Origin: Methyloligellaceae bacterium
Lineage (GTDB): Bacteria > Pseudomonadota > Alphaproteobacteria > Rhizobiales > CBDHHC01
Length of the DNA stretch: 64,000 nt
Assembly: GCA_050633205.1 (NCBI GenBank)
Contig: JBOEGA010000046.1
Location: 12,535-76,534 of the forward strand
Reading direction: 5' to 3'
The notes under the pieces were generated by a model. The model was given only the letters and a program-made list of their open reading frames with translations, was not told the DNA's origin and searched no databases. Position 1 is the first letter of the stretch. Each line of letters starts with the position of its first letter. Below, one piece after another: positions 8,229 to 16,305 of the stretch. The translations under genes were made by a program, and so were the position numbers.

Positions 8229-9671
8229 TTTTATCGGGGTTGATATATTTTCAGTTGGCAGCAAACCGTCTTTTCGTTGTTGTTCCAGGAAGTGAATAAA
8301 TTCATTAAATGGCATTGGTTTGGCCCAGAGATATCCCTGGCCGATTAATGACATGTTCTGGTGGTCCATTTTTCTGAGTGCTTCGGCCTGTTGTTCGGTC
8401 TCTATACCTTCTGCAACACAATCAATTTCCAGACATCTCGTGATTTCCAGAGCAGCCATTGTGATTGCCTGATCACGGCGGTCGTGACAGATGCCGTTTA
8501 TAAATTCGCGGTCTACTTTCAGCTCACTGACTGGCAGGCGCTTCAGGTGGGACAAAGCGGCATGACCGGTTCCGAAGTCATCAAGTGACAGTTTTATTCC
8601 CATTTCATTGATTGTATCCAGAATATGGGTGGCTTCATCTGATCCACGGCCAACGAAACAGCCTTCAGTTACTTCCAGAATTATATCAGATTTTTTTACA
8701 CCGCTATTCATCATGCTTTTCAGTCGTTCCATGAGCAATTCGGGTGTTTTCAGGTCGAATGGATGGATATTGATTGATATGGGTCTGATCATCAGTTCCA
8801 TGGACTGAAGTTTTAAAATATCTTCTGCGGCTCTGCCAAATACAAAGCTGCTAATTTGTGGAACCATGCCCCTTTCTTCAGCTACGTCGAAAAGATCAAT
8901 TGTTGAGGTTTTTATAGTGTTATCTACAAACCAGCGCAGGAGGGCTTCAGCGCCCATGATTGCACCTGTTCGGATGTCAACCTTCGGCTGGTAATATAAT
9001 TGCATTTGCTGCTCAGACAAAGCTTGCCGAAGTGCAATCTCAATTTCATCAACACGAGCAAGAGATACAGCCATTCTGGTGTCGTATATTCTATAGCGTC
9101 CGCGACCTGATTTTTTAGCTGCGTGCAGGGCTATGTCTGCCAGGCGAATAAATTCAAGTGCTGAATGAGCATGGTCAGGGTAGAGGGCTATGCCTATGCT
9201 TGCATTAGGGTGAATAAGGGCGGCTTCAATTAAAACGGGGGCTACCAGGTTAGAAAGGATTCTGTCAGCAACAATTGAGGGCATTTTTTCATTGTCGTAA
9301 ATATCGATGATCAGAGCAAATTCATCTCCACCAAGGCGTGCAACTATATCAGTGTTTCTGACTGCCTTGATCAGGCGTTCCGTAACGATCCTCAGCAGCT
9401 CATCTCCTGCGCCGTGACCTATGCTGTCGTTAACATTTTTAAAGTTATCGAGATCAAGAAGAAAGACGGCAAACTTTTCGTCTTTTCTATTTTTTATACG
9501 TGCTTCCAGGTTTTCCAGGAATGCTTCCCGGTTTGCCAGTTCAGTAAGAGGGTCTCTCATAGCCATTTTTTTTATTTGTTTATTGGCTTCTATGAGTTCC
9601 GAGTTGGCGCTTGCGGCTTTCAGGAGGCTTTCTTCCCGGTCTCTGGCAATTTGCCAGGAATTCAGAACCAT
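8211..9671 (-). pseudogene. GGDEF-EAL protein, C-terminal fragment of a frameshifted paralog of 2651-4666
   Basis: 486-aa ORF with intact GGDEF (RLGGDEFALI) and EAL motifs (GAEALLR, EVTE, DDFGTG, AEGIE). Its frame stays open upstream to about 9782 and there encodes TM helices collinear with the paralog. Confidence 0.8.
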
Positions 9672-9742
9672 TGTTACAAGTATAGCGCCGAAGGTGACGG
9701 CATAAATCGTAACGGGCCAGAACTCAGAGAATTTATAAATTG

Positions 9743-10237
9743 TTAAAATACTGATGACCGAGAGAATGATACTTCCTGTAAAGCTGCAAGAGGAACGCGG
9801 TACAGCATTATGCTGCCACCGGCAGACATTCCGATGGCTACTAACAGTATTAATATTGTATTGCGTGGATCTTCGGTTCCAAGAAAAGCAATTGTGAGAA
9901 TGACCCAGGGGGATGCCGAAACTAGCGTAAAGATAACCAGCCGGTTTATAGCTTTTTTAGAAACTCTGGTAATTTTGCGTGGTAAGGCCTGTGTTGATCT
10001 TTTGGCAATTAATGCGAATAAGGTGCTGGAACCGGCAAGCCAGTAAAAAAGGAAAATTGCGTTTTCTTCTGACCACAGGCAGAGCGCAATTAATAAGGCA
10101 TTTAGCGTTGCAAGAAATGCTCCCAAACGGCTGGATTTTACAATGCTAACTGCTTCTTCAGGACGGACATCCAGAAGCAACTTTAACACAGGACCAGCTT
10201 TTCCGGTGAATGTCTGCCAAATATTCAAGATATTCAT
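9743..10237 (-). pseudogene. N-terminal membrane fragment of the same frameshifted GGDEF-EAL gene
   Basis: 164-aa ORF collinear with residues 1-165 of the 2651-4666 protein (LLDVRPEEA vs LMDVRIDEA; GMSAGGSIMLYRVPLAA vs GAASGGCFMLFRIPLAA). One missing base near the AAA run at 9780-9782 would rejoin it with 8211-9671 into about 675 aa. Confidence 0.8.
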
Positions 10238-10312
10238 AACGGTTTACGCACTTTTTTGAGAGTGTTTATTGTTACAAATATACGTGAATATATAATTTAA
10301 TTTTCCGGAAAT

Positions 10313-10332
10313 GCCCCGCTCTGGAGCGGGGC
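10313..10332 (-). terminator. GC-rich hairpin downstream of the oxidoreductase gene
   Basis: GCCCCGC (10313-10319) / GCGGGGC (10326-10332) with a 6-nt loop. It lies 21 nt past the stop. The T-tract is weak. Confidence 0.45.
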
Positions 10333-10352
10333 AGGCTTATTGTTGTCAGCAG

Positions 10353-10979
10353 TTAGTAGGCCAATGTGAATATTTTACCGGAATGAGCAGGAGTTTCCAG
10401 TTCGTTTACCAATGCATGAGCGTAATCACCGGCGCTGATTTTGCTTGCTCCATCCGAGTCAGCAAGGACGGTGTCACCTCCAAGGCGGTATTGCTCTGTT
10501 TTAGCTCCAGGCTGAATAAGTGGAGGAGGAGCAAGGAAAGTCCAGTCGATATTGCTGTTTTGCAAGAGAGTGTAGACATTCTTCATTGCTCTTGCTTCCG
10601 ACTGAATAAAGTCAGGCAGTTTATCCAGTAAAGCCCCTCCGTCAGGCGTGTTCAGGGTGCCTGCACCACCAACCACGATAAGGCGTTTTCCGGTTTTTTC
10701 AGCGGCTTTTATCAGGGCATTAGCTATTGATGCAGCCTCATTAAAAGGTTCTCCGGTGCTGCGCGGGCTCACGGCTGAAACGATAGCATCGACATTTTCG
10801 GCATATTGCGAAATTTCGTCTTCATTGTCTGCGTTCAGTTTTACTGCCGTGACATTGTCGTGAGCAGATATTTTTTCCGGATTTCTTGAAGCAGCCACTA
10901 TTTCGTGGCCTCTTGAAGTGGCTTCATCAAGGATATGAGAGCCAATCATTCCAGATGCTCCAATCAATAATACTTTCAT
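10353..10979 (-). CDS. NAD(P)H-binding atypical SDR / NmrA-like oxidoreductase
   Basis: The ORF track gives 10353-11042. I place the start at the internal ATG (complement of 10977-10979), giving MKVLLIGASGMIGSHIL with the Rossmann GxxGxxG at the N-terminus. Confidence 0.8.
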   Translation of the reverse strand: MKVLLIGASGMIGSHILDEATSRGHEIVAASRNPEKISAHDNVTAVKLNADNEDEISQYAENVDAIVSAVSPRSTGEPFNEAASIANALIKAAEKTGKRLIVVGGAGTLNTPDGGALLDKLPDFIQSEARAMKNVYTLLQNSNIDWTFLAPPPLIQPGAKTEQYRLGGDTVLADSDGASKISAGDYAHALVNELETPAHSGKIFTLAY

Positions 10980-11104
10980 GTTTTCTCTCTTCCGTATTTC
11001 AGAATTCTGTTTTTTGCTTACTATAAGTAAGTATGTTATCATTCGTTATCGTGCTGTAAATACGCATTATATTGTCAGGTAGTTACCTGGAGGGAACTAA
11101 CGGT

Positions 11105-11473
11105 ATGGTTGTAGATATTCAGAAAACAGGTAAGAGCCAGTGCCCTGTGAGAGAGGTTCTGGATCAGATCGGGGATGCCTGGACAGTTGTGGTTCTGCTG
11201 GAACTGACGAAAGGCCCATGCCGGTTTAATGCACTTTGCCGCTCTGTGCGGGGAATTTCGCAGAGGATGCTTACAGTTACGCTGCGCCAGCTTGAGAGGA
11301 ATGGTCTGGTTGAGCGGGTTGTTTTTCCCTGTTCACCACCAAGGGTCGAGTATTCGTTAACGGAGCTGGGGGCGTCGCTGCAGGAGCAGGTTCACGGGTT
11401 GCATCTGTGGGCGGTGGATCATCAGAAGGCGATCCATACGGCACGGGCGGAGTATGATGAGCGGGGGGAGTAG
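11105..11473 (+). CDS. HxlR-family transcriptional regulator
   Basis: CPVREVLDQIGDAWTVVVLLEL...RFNAL...ISQRMLTVTLRQLERNGLVER is a typical HxlR wHTH. The ATG at 11105 follows GGAGGG (11090-11095). The gene is divergent from the oxidoreductase, a classic pairing. Confidence 0.85.
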   Translation: MVVDIQKTGKSQCPVREVLDQIGDAWTVVVLLELTKGPCRFNALCRSVRGISQRMLTVTLRQLERNGLVERVVFPCSPPRVEYSLTELGASLQEQVHGLHLWAVDHQKAIHTARAEYDERGE

Positions 11474-11495
11474 GTAGTGGTTCTACAAATGCTAA

Positions 11496-11513
11496 GCCCC
11501 GCCGGAGCGGGGC
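11496..11513 (+). terminator. GC-rich hairpin downstream of the HxlR gene
   Basis: GCCCCGC (11496-11502) / GCGGGGC (11507-11513) with a 4-nt loop. No T-tract. Confidence 0.4.
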
Positions 11514-11627
11514 CAGGACAGTTTGACAGTATCTAGACTACCCGGTGCTTGTCATTGCGAGTTGGGTAGCCTGCCTAGTAATCTAGGTCTTAATGCCCGA
11601 TGACCGGGATACACTGTATAATATAAG

Positions 11628-12077
11628 TTAGTTCGAGGGATCTAGCAAGTGGCTCATGCCAAGAGCATGAATAATTCCCTCTCTTACATTACCTAAATCT
11701 TCTTGAGAAAGTGTTGGGTAAGTATATTTTCTTCTTCCGACTTTAAATGCCGTTAATCTTTGTAAAGAAATATTTAACACCATGTCACATTTGGCCCATG
11801 AAGGGAGTTCATCACTTTCTGCTGGGTGGTAATTGTGACTTAGGCGGACAACATAGGGGAGGTCGTGTTTTGGTTCCGTCAGACTAATTGGGACAATAGT
11901 GGCTATTTGGCTTCTGTAAGGCAGTCTTGGAGATACAATGATTACCGGATAAAGATATTTGTAAGAACCATAATTGCCCTTCATTGTCCTCAATTTGTGT
12001 AGTTGATCATGGCTTTTGGTACAGGAATAAAGAAAAACGTACCTGTATGGAGTCGCGAAAGGATCATCCTTAACCAA
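11628..12077 (-). CDS. MazF/PemK-fold toxin-like protein (orphan)
   Basis: 149-aa ORF in an AT-rich islet. Its motif order parallels E. coli MazF as I recall it: YPVIIVSP ~ RPAVVLSP, ATIVPISLT ~ LCVPCTTQ, PYVVRL ~ PFEVVL, AKCDMVLNISLQRL ~ ALADQVKSIAWRAR, LSQEDLGNVREGI ~ VAPEELQLIKAKI. The N-terminal 40 aa are atypical, so the true start is uncertain. Confidence 0.55.
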   Translation of the reverse strand: MVKDDPFATPYRYVFLYSCTKSHDQLHKLRTMKGNYGSYKYLYPVIIVSPRLPYRSQIATIVPISLTEPKHDLPYVVRLSHNYHPAESDELPSWAKCDMVLNISLQRLTAFKVGRRKYTYPTLSQEDLGNVREGIIHALGMSHLLDPSN

Positions 12078-12375
12078 AAAGGGGATGAAGTTTTGGTATT
12101 TATAAGTGCAATAATGAATTCTTATAAAAAGACTCTAGATCTAAGAGGTCATCCAAGAATTGGAAATTACTATATGAAGGGGATTGAATTGGATGAATTC
12201 ATGTAGTTGACACCCTCCCCCCTCTCCTCTATTGTTCAAACCCAAATTCAATGAAAAGCTTGAAAATTCAGGCGCTGCTCTACACATGGTGTATATATTG
12301 CCGGGAGGTAGAGGGGTTAACGTCCGTCGGCGAGGTTCGCTCACGGGCGCTTTTTGCGTTGCTCTCTTTTTTTGA

Positions 12376-12460
12376 CGTTCAAGCGCCACGCAGAAGTTTT
12401 AGTTTTGCGTTCAAGCGCCACGCAGGAGTTTTTAGTTTTGCGTTCAAGCGCCACGCAGGC
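12376..12460. repeat. Tandem direct repeat, 32-33-bp unit, 2.6 copies
   Basis: Unit cgttcaagcgccacgcag[a/g]agtttt(t)agttttg at 12376-12407 and 12408-12440, plus a partial copy at 12441-12460. It is followed by GGCGCC-tcaat-GGCGCC (12463-12479). Confidence 0.9.
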
Positions 12461-12619
12461 TGGGCGCCTCAATGGCGCCAGTCCTCAGAAAAATACATTT
12501 GTATTTTTCTTTGTCCGTTGTACGGGCAGGTTTAGGGAGCAGGCGAGCAAGTTATAAGGAACCGTTACAGGTTTTTTTGTTGGGTTTATTTGAAGTGCTG
12601 ATGCGGAATGGGTTGATTT

Positions 12620-14110
12620 ATGTTTGAAACGTTATCCGATCGTTTATCCAGTGTATTTGACAAGCTTACGGGGCGTGGGTCGCTTAGTGAGTCTGATGTT
12701 AATTCTGCCATGCGTGAAGTCCGTCGGGCTTTGCTTGAGGCGGATGTGGCGCTGGAAGTGGTTAAAGACTTTACCGATAAGGTGAAGGAAAAGGCGGTTG
12801 GTAAGGAAGTCCTGCGCTCTGTTTCTCCAGGACAGATGGTCGTCAAGATTGTGCATGACGAGCTGGTTGCGATGCTTGGTTCGGATGCGCAGCCGATTGA
12901 TCTGAATGCGCCTGCACCTGTTACCATTATGATGGTTGGTTTGCAGGGGTCTGGTAAGACGACGACAACTGCAAAGATTTCAAAGCGTTTAACTGAAAAA
13001 CAGAATAAAAAAGTACTTATGGCTTCGCTGGATACGAGACGTCCGGCGGCGCAGGAGCAGTTGCGTGTTCTTGGTGAGCAGATTTCGGTAGATACACTGC
13101 CGATCGTCGCTGGCCAAAATCCGGTTCAGATCGCGAAGCGTGCTAAAGATGCAGCGCGGCTGGGTGGATATGATGTTGTTATGCTGGATACGGCGGGTCG
13201 TCTTCATATTGATGAAGAGCTTATGGCCGAGACTGTGTCTATCCGTGATAATACCGGGCCTCATGAGACGCTGCTTGTTGCGGACAGTCTGACTGGTCAG
13301 GATGCTGTTAATCTGGCGAAGAGCTTTGATGACCGTGTTGGTATTACCGGTATCGTCCTGACCCGTGTGGATGGTGACGGCCGTGGTGGTGCTGCGCTTT
13401 CAACACGTGGTGTTACCGGCAAGCCGATCAAGCTTATCGGTGTCGGTGAGGGCGTTGACGAGCTGGAAGATTTCCACCCTGAGCGAATCGCCGGGCGTAT
13501 TCTTGGTATGGGGGATGTGGTTTCTCTTGTTGAGAAAGCTGCTGAAACTATCGATGCTGCCAAAGCAGAGAAGATGGCCAGGAAGATGCAGAAAGGGACC
13601 TTCGATCTGGAGGACCTGTCTGAGCAGTTGAAGCAGATGCAAAAACTTGGTGGAATGTCCAGCCTGATGGGAATGATTCCCGGTGTTGGCAAGATGAAGA
13701 AGCAGCTAGATGCAGCTAATCTTGATGATTCAATCTTCAAGAGACAGCAGGCCATTATTTCTTCCATGACGAGGAAAGAGCGCCGCTCGCCAAAGGTATT
13801 GAATGCTTCGCGCAAGAAGCGTGTTGCAGCAGGTTCGGGGACGAGTGTGCAGGATGTTAACAAGCTCCTGAAAATGCATCGCCAGATGGCGGATATGATG
13901 AAAAAAATGGGTAAAAAAGGTGGCCTTGCTTCCATGTTTGGTGGTGGCGGGATGCCGGATATGCCGCCTGAAGCTATGGAAGAAATGGCTAAAAGTGGCA
14001 AAGGAATGCCCGGTTTACCGCCTGGAGGTCTGGGCGGACTTGGTGGGCTAGGAGGCCTTGGTGGTGGTTTACCACGCGGGTTGCCTGGATTGCCGGGGAA
14101 AAAGAAGTAA
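12620..14110 (+). CDS. ffh: Signal recognition particle protein Ffh
   Basis: 496 aa. It has the NG domain (GLQGSGKTTT, DTAGR) and a Met-rich M domain, with a Gly-Leu-rich C-terminal tail. Confidence 0.97.
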   Translation: MFETLSDRLSSVFDKLTGRGSLSESDVNSAMREVRRALLEADVALEVVKDFTDKVKEKAVGKEVLRSVSPGQMVVKIVHDELVAMLGSDAQPIDLNAPAPVTIMMVGLQGSGKTTTTAKISKRLTEKQNKKVLMASLDTRRPAAQEQLRVLGEQISVDTLPIVAGQNPVQIAKRAKDAARLGGYDVVMLDTAGRLHIDEELMAETVSIRDNTGPHETLLVADSLTGQDAVNLAKSFDDRVGITGIVLTRVDGDGRGGAALSTRGVTGKPIKLIGVGEGVDELEDFHPERIAGRILGMGDVVSLVEKAAETIDAAKAEKMARKMQKGTFDLEDLSEQLKQMQKLGGMSSLMGMIPGVGKMKKQLDAANLDDSIFKRQQAIISSMTRKERRSPKVLNASRKKRVAAGSGTSVQDVNKLLKMHRQMADMMKKMGKKGGLASMFGGGGMPDMPPEAMEEMAKSGKGMPGLPPGGLGGLGGLGGLGGGLPRGLPGLPGKKK

Positions 14111-14194
14111 CGAGATTTACGCTTGTTTTGCTGAAGGTAGCAGGAGAAGCGGTTCAGAATTACAGATATTGAGATAGACAGAAGGAATAAACGA

Positions 14195-14560
14195 ATGTCA
14201 TTGAAAATCAGATTGTCCCGTGGTGGGGCGAAAAAGCGTCCTTATTACCGTATTGTTGTTGCAGATGCACGCGCACCACGTGATGGTCGTTTTATTGAGA
14301 AAGTTGGTACTTACAACCCACTTCTTCCTAAAGACAGCGAAGAGCGTTTTACTATTAAAGAAGAGCGCATTCAGTACTGGTTGTCTAAAGGTGCGCAGCC
14401 TACCGATCGTGTAAAGCGTTTCCTTGATAATGCTGGTCTGTTGAAGCGTGAAGCTCGCAATAACCCTAAAAAAGCATTGCCTGGTAAAAAAGCTCAAGAG
14501 CGTATTGAAGCTGCCAAGCAGGCGGAAGAAGATGCAAAAGCTGAAGCAGCTGCCGAGTAA
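14195..14560 (+). CDS. rpsP: 30S ribosomal protein S16
   Basis: [42 protein letters not shown], with an alphaproteobacterial-style charged C-terminal extension. Confidence 0.97.
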   Translation: MSLKIRLSRGGAKKRPYYRIVVADARAPRDGRFIEKVGTYNPLLPKDSEERFTIKEERIQYWLSKGAQPTDRVKRFLDNAGLLKREARNNPKKALPGKKAQERIEAAKQAEEDAKAEAAAE

Positions 14561-14570
14561 TATCGTTTTT

Positions 14571-14608
14571 ACATTGTTCGGCCTTTTTATTATAAGGCCG
14601 AACAATGT
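14571..14608 (+). repeat. 13-bp perfect inverted repeat (stem-loop) between rpsP and rimM
   Basis: ACATTGTTCGGCC (14571-14583) / GGCCGAACAATGT (14596-14608) with a 12-nt loop. No T-tract follows. It contains the ATG at 14605 used by the ORF track. Confidence 0.85.
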
Positions 14609-14634
14609 ACAGCTCCCTACAGGGTTTGCAGTTT

Positions 14635-15198
14635 ATGGCTGACGCAAGTAAAAATACGCTGGTTTGTCTGGGTGTTATTTCGGATGCTCACGGAACCAAT
14701 GGTGAGGTTCTGGTTAAAGCCTATACCGAGTATTGGGAAGATGTTGCTGCCTATGGGGCACTTTTTGACGAGAACGGCAAAGAGCTTTTTGAGCTGAAAG
14801 ATGTCCGTGTTGTCAAAAAAGGTGTCATTGCAAAGATCAAGGGTATTCGCTACCGGGATCAGGCAGAGGCATTGAAAGGGCAGGAGCTCTTTGTTGACCG
14901 TTCAAGTCTGCCGTCCGAGGATGATGAGGAAACATGGTACCATGTGGATCTTATCGGGCTAAAGGCAGTGGATGCGGAAGGCGTTGAGTTTGGTGAAGTG
15001 CTGGCTATTCCAAATTTTGGTGCCGGAGATCTTGTCGAAGTCAGGTTGTCAGAAAGTGGCAAGACTATTCTTGTTCCATTTACTAAAGAGTGCGTTCCCA
15101 CTGTAGATATTGCAGGTGGAGTTATGGCTGTCATTGAGCCAGAAGACGATGGTGATGACGGGCATGGTGAAGCTGCCGATCCGGAAGAGCAGGTATAG
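14635..15198 (+). CDS. rimM: 16S rRNA processing protein RimM
   Basis: MADASKNTLVCLGVISDAHGTNGEVLVKAY... matches RimM/PRC-barrel. I prefer the ATG at 14635 to the track start at 14605, which lies inside the hairpin arm. Confidence 0.88.
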   Translation: MADASKNTLVCLGVISDAHGTNGEVLVKAYTEYWEDVAAYGALFDENGKELFELKDVRVVKKGVIAKIKGIRYRDQAEALKGQELFVDRSSLPSEDDEETWYHVDLIGLKAVDAEGVEFGEVLAIPNFGAGDLVEVRLSESGKTILVPFTKECVPTVDIAGGVMAVIEPEDDGDDGHGEAADPEEQV

Positions 15199-15201
15199 AT
15201 T

Positions 15202-16305
15202 TCAAGCAGCCTGAGTTGGAATATTCAGGGCTATCGGTTTGAAGGCTTTGAGAAGTTCCATATCCAGTTTGCCTTCCATTTTTTCCATTATGCTGAGAGC
15301 TTCTTCTCCGGTCATACTTTTTTTGTATGCGCGCTGGTCAACCAGTGCAGAAAAGATATCTATAATGGTCAGCATTCTAATGCTGTCTGATATTTCGTTT
15401 CCTTTCAGACCTTCGGGATAACCGGAACCGTCCAGCATCTCATGATGGTATAAGGCAAGGTTTATTATGAAATCATCGAACTGTTTATCCATACGCAGTA
15501 TTTCGGCACTGTGTACAGGGTGAGTTTTGATAAGTTCTATTTCTTTTTCATCTAATTTTCCCGGCTTATCAAGAATGCTCAGGGGGATTTTAATTTTTCC
15601 TATATCGTGCATCAAAGCGCCGGTGGCCAGTCTGGCTATCTCGGATTTTGGCATATTGAAATGCATTCCAAAGGCGATGGCGAGCCCGGTTACTGTTATT
15701 GAATGGCGGTGGGTATAGCTGTGATGGGTTTTTACTGCATCCAGCCAGGTGCCTATACAGGCCTCATTCAGAGAAGTAATGAGCTGGTCACAGCAGGTTT
15801 CGACTTTATCTACCGGGATACTATCTCCTGACAGTATGGAATCCATTATCTGGTTATTAATGGAGTTTATCTGCTGGAGGGCTTCACGCTGGTGCGCAGG
15901 TAATTCTGTCCAGAGATTCTGTGTTGATTTATTAACCAATTCATTCAGGCAGGCTTCCAGATCCTGCAGTTCCTGGGATTCCTTTACTGCATCATAAAGA
16001 CCTGCGGGGCGGCGTAGAATGCGGTCGGCGCCCAGAGCATGTGCTTTTGCTGATGAGGGGTGGTTCAGGTCGTTGACCAGAAAGATAATTGTCGTGGGAG
16101 GAAGTTTCTGCAGATAGTGTTCAGTCTTCACTATGTTATCAGGGTTTTCAAGGTGAATATTAACGATTACAAGCAGGGGGTGGTCTTCAAGTTCAGATGG
16201 GTCACAGTCCATAGTGTGATGAACGAAATTATATTTGTGTTCGAGCAACTCTGCAAAGATACTACTATTCAGTGTTTTTTCGAGAATGATAACTGGCTTC
16301 GACAT
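15202..16305 (-). CDS. HD-GYP domain protein with a degenerate receiver-like N-terminus
   Basis: The HD-GYP signature is intact (HSITV...MHDIGK...HHEMLDGSGYPEGL). The N-terminal ~110 aa have a receiver-like beta/alpha pattern but carry Asn at the expected phospho-Asp position (LLVIVNIHL). The start is either 16305 (MSKPVIILE) or 16317. Confidence 0.85.
   Translation of the reverse strand: MSKPVIILEKTLNSSIFAELLEHKYNFVHHTMDCDPSELEDHPLLVIVNIHLENPDNIVKTEHYLQKLPPTTIIFLVNDLNHPSSAKAHALGADRILRRPAGLYDAVKESQELQDLEACLNELVNKSTQNLWTELPAHQREALQQINSINNQIMDSILSGDSIPVDKVETCCDQLITSLNEACIGTWLDAVKTHHSYTHRHSITVTGLAIAFGMHFNMPKSEIARLATGALMHDIGKIKIPLSILDKPGKLDEKEIELIKTHPVHSAEILRMDKQFDDFIINLALYHHEMLDGSGYPEGLKGNEISDSIRMLTIIDIFSALVDQRAYKKSMTGEEALSIMEKMEGKLDMELLKAFKPIALNIPTQAA

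Noticed and set aside
10313-11513. Near-identical GC hairpins (GCCCCGC..GGAGCGGGGC) bracketing the oxidoreductase/HxlR pair, considered as possible mobile-cassette borders.
   Set aside because: Each sits exactly where a 3' terminator is expected for its divergently arranged gene. The shared part is only about 10 nt of a simple GC palindrome, and there are no direct repeats or recombinase genes. Ordinary terminators are the simpler reading.
12141-12389. The 82-aa minus-strand ORF upstream of the MazF-like gene, considered as a candidate antitoxin.
   Set aside because: It has no RHH/AbrB/HTH-like pattern. The sequence is Pro/Arg/Gly-rich, its 5' end runs into the tandem repeat, and a 63-bp gap separates it from the toxin-like gene. 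It is probably non-coding.
12376-12460. The tandem 32-33-bp repeats considered as a CRISPR array.
   Set aside because: The copies are directly adjacent with no unique spacers, there are only 2.6 units, and no cas genes are present.
13297-14001. Long antisense ORFs inside well-supported genes: 13297-14001 in ffh, 26146-26892 in maeB, 29441-30106 in mutS, 39356-39943 across nfu/tsaB, 7206-7754 in the VWA gene, and 46226-46649 in corC.
   Set aside because: Their translations are low-complexity or compositionally odd (S/R/P/I-rich) with no recognisable motifs. Each fully overlaps a gene with strong family signatures on the other strand. They are typical shadow ORFs.
13990-14110. Nucleotide-level repeats in the ffh 3' end (GGLGGLGGLGG) and the lysine/alanine/glutamate-rich region of infB (about 54600-55350).
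   Set aside because: These are coding low-complexity tails or linkers typical of these proteins in alphaproteobacteria. They are not independent repeat elements.
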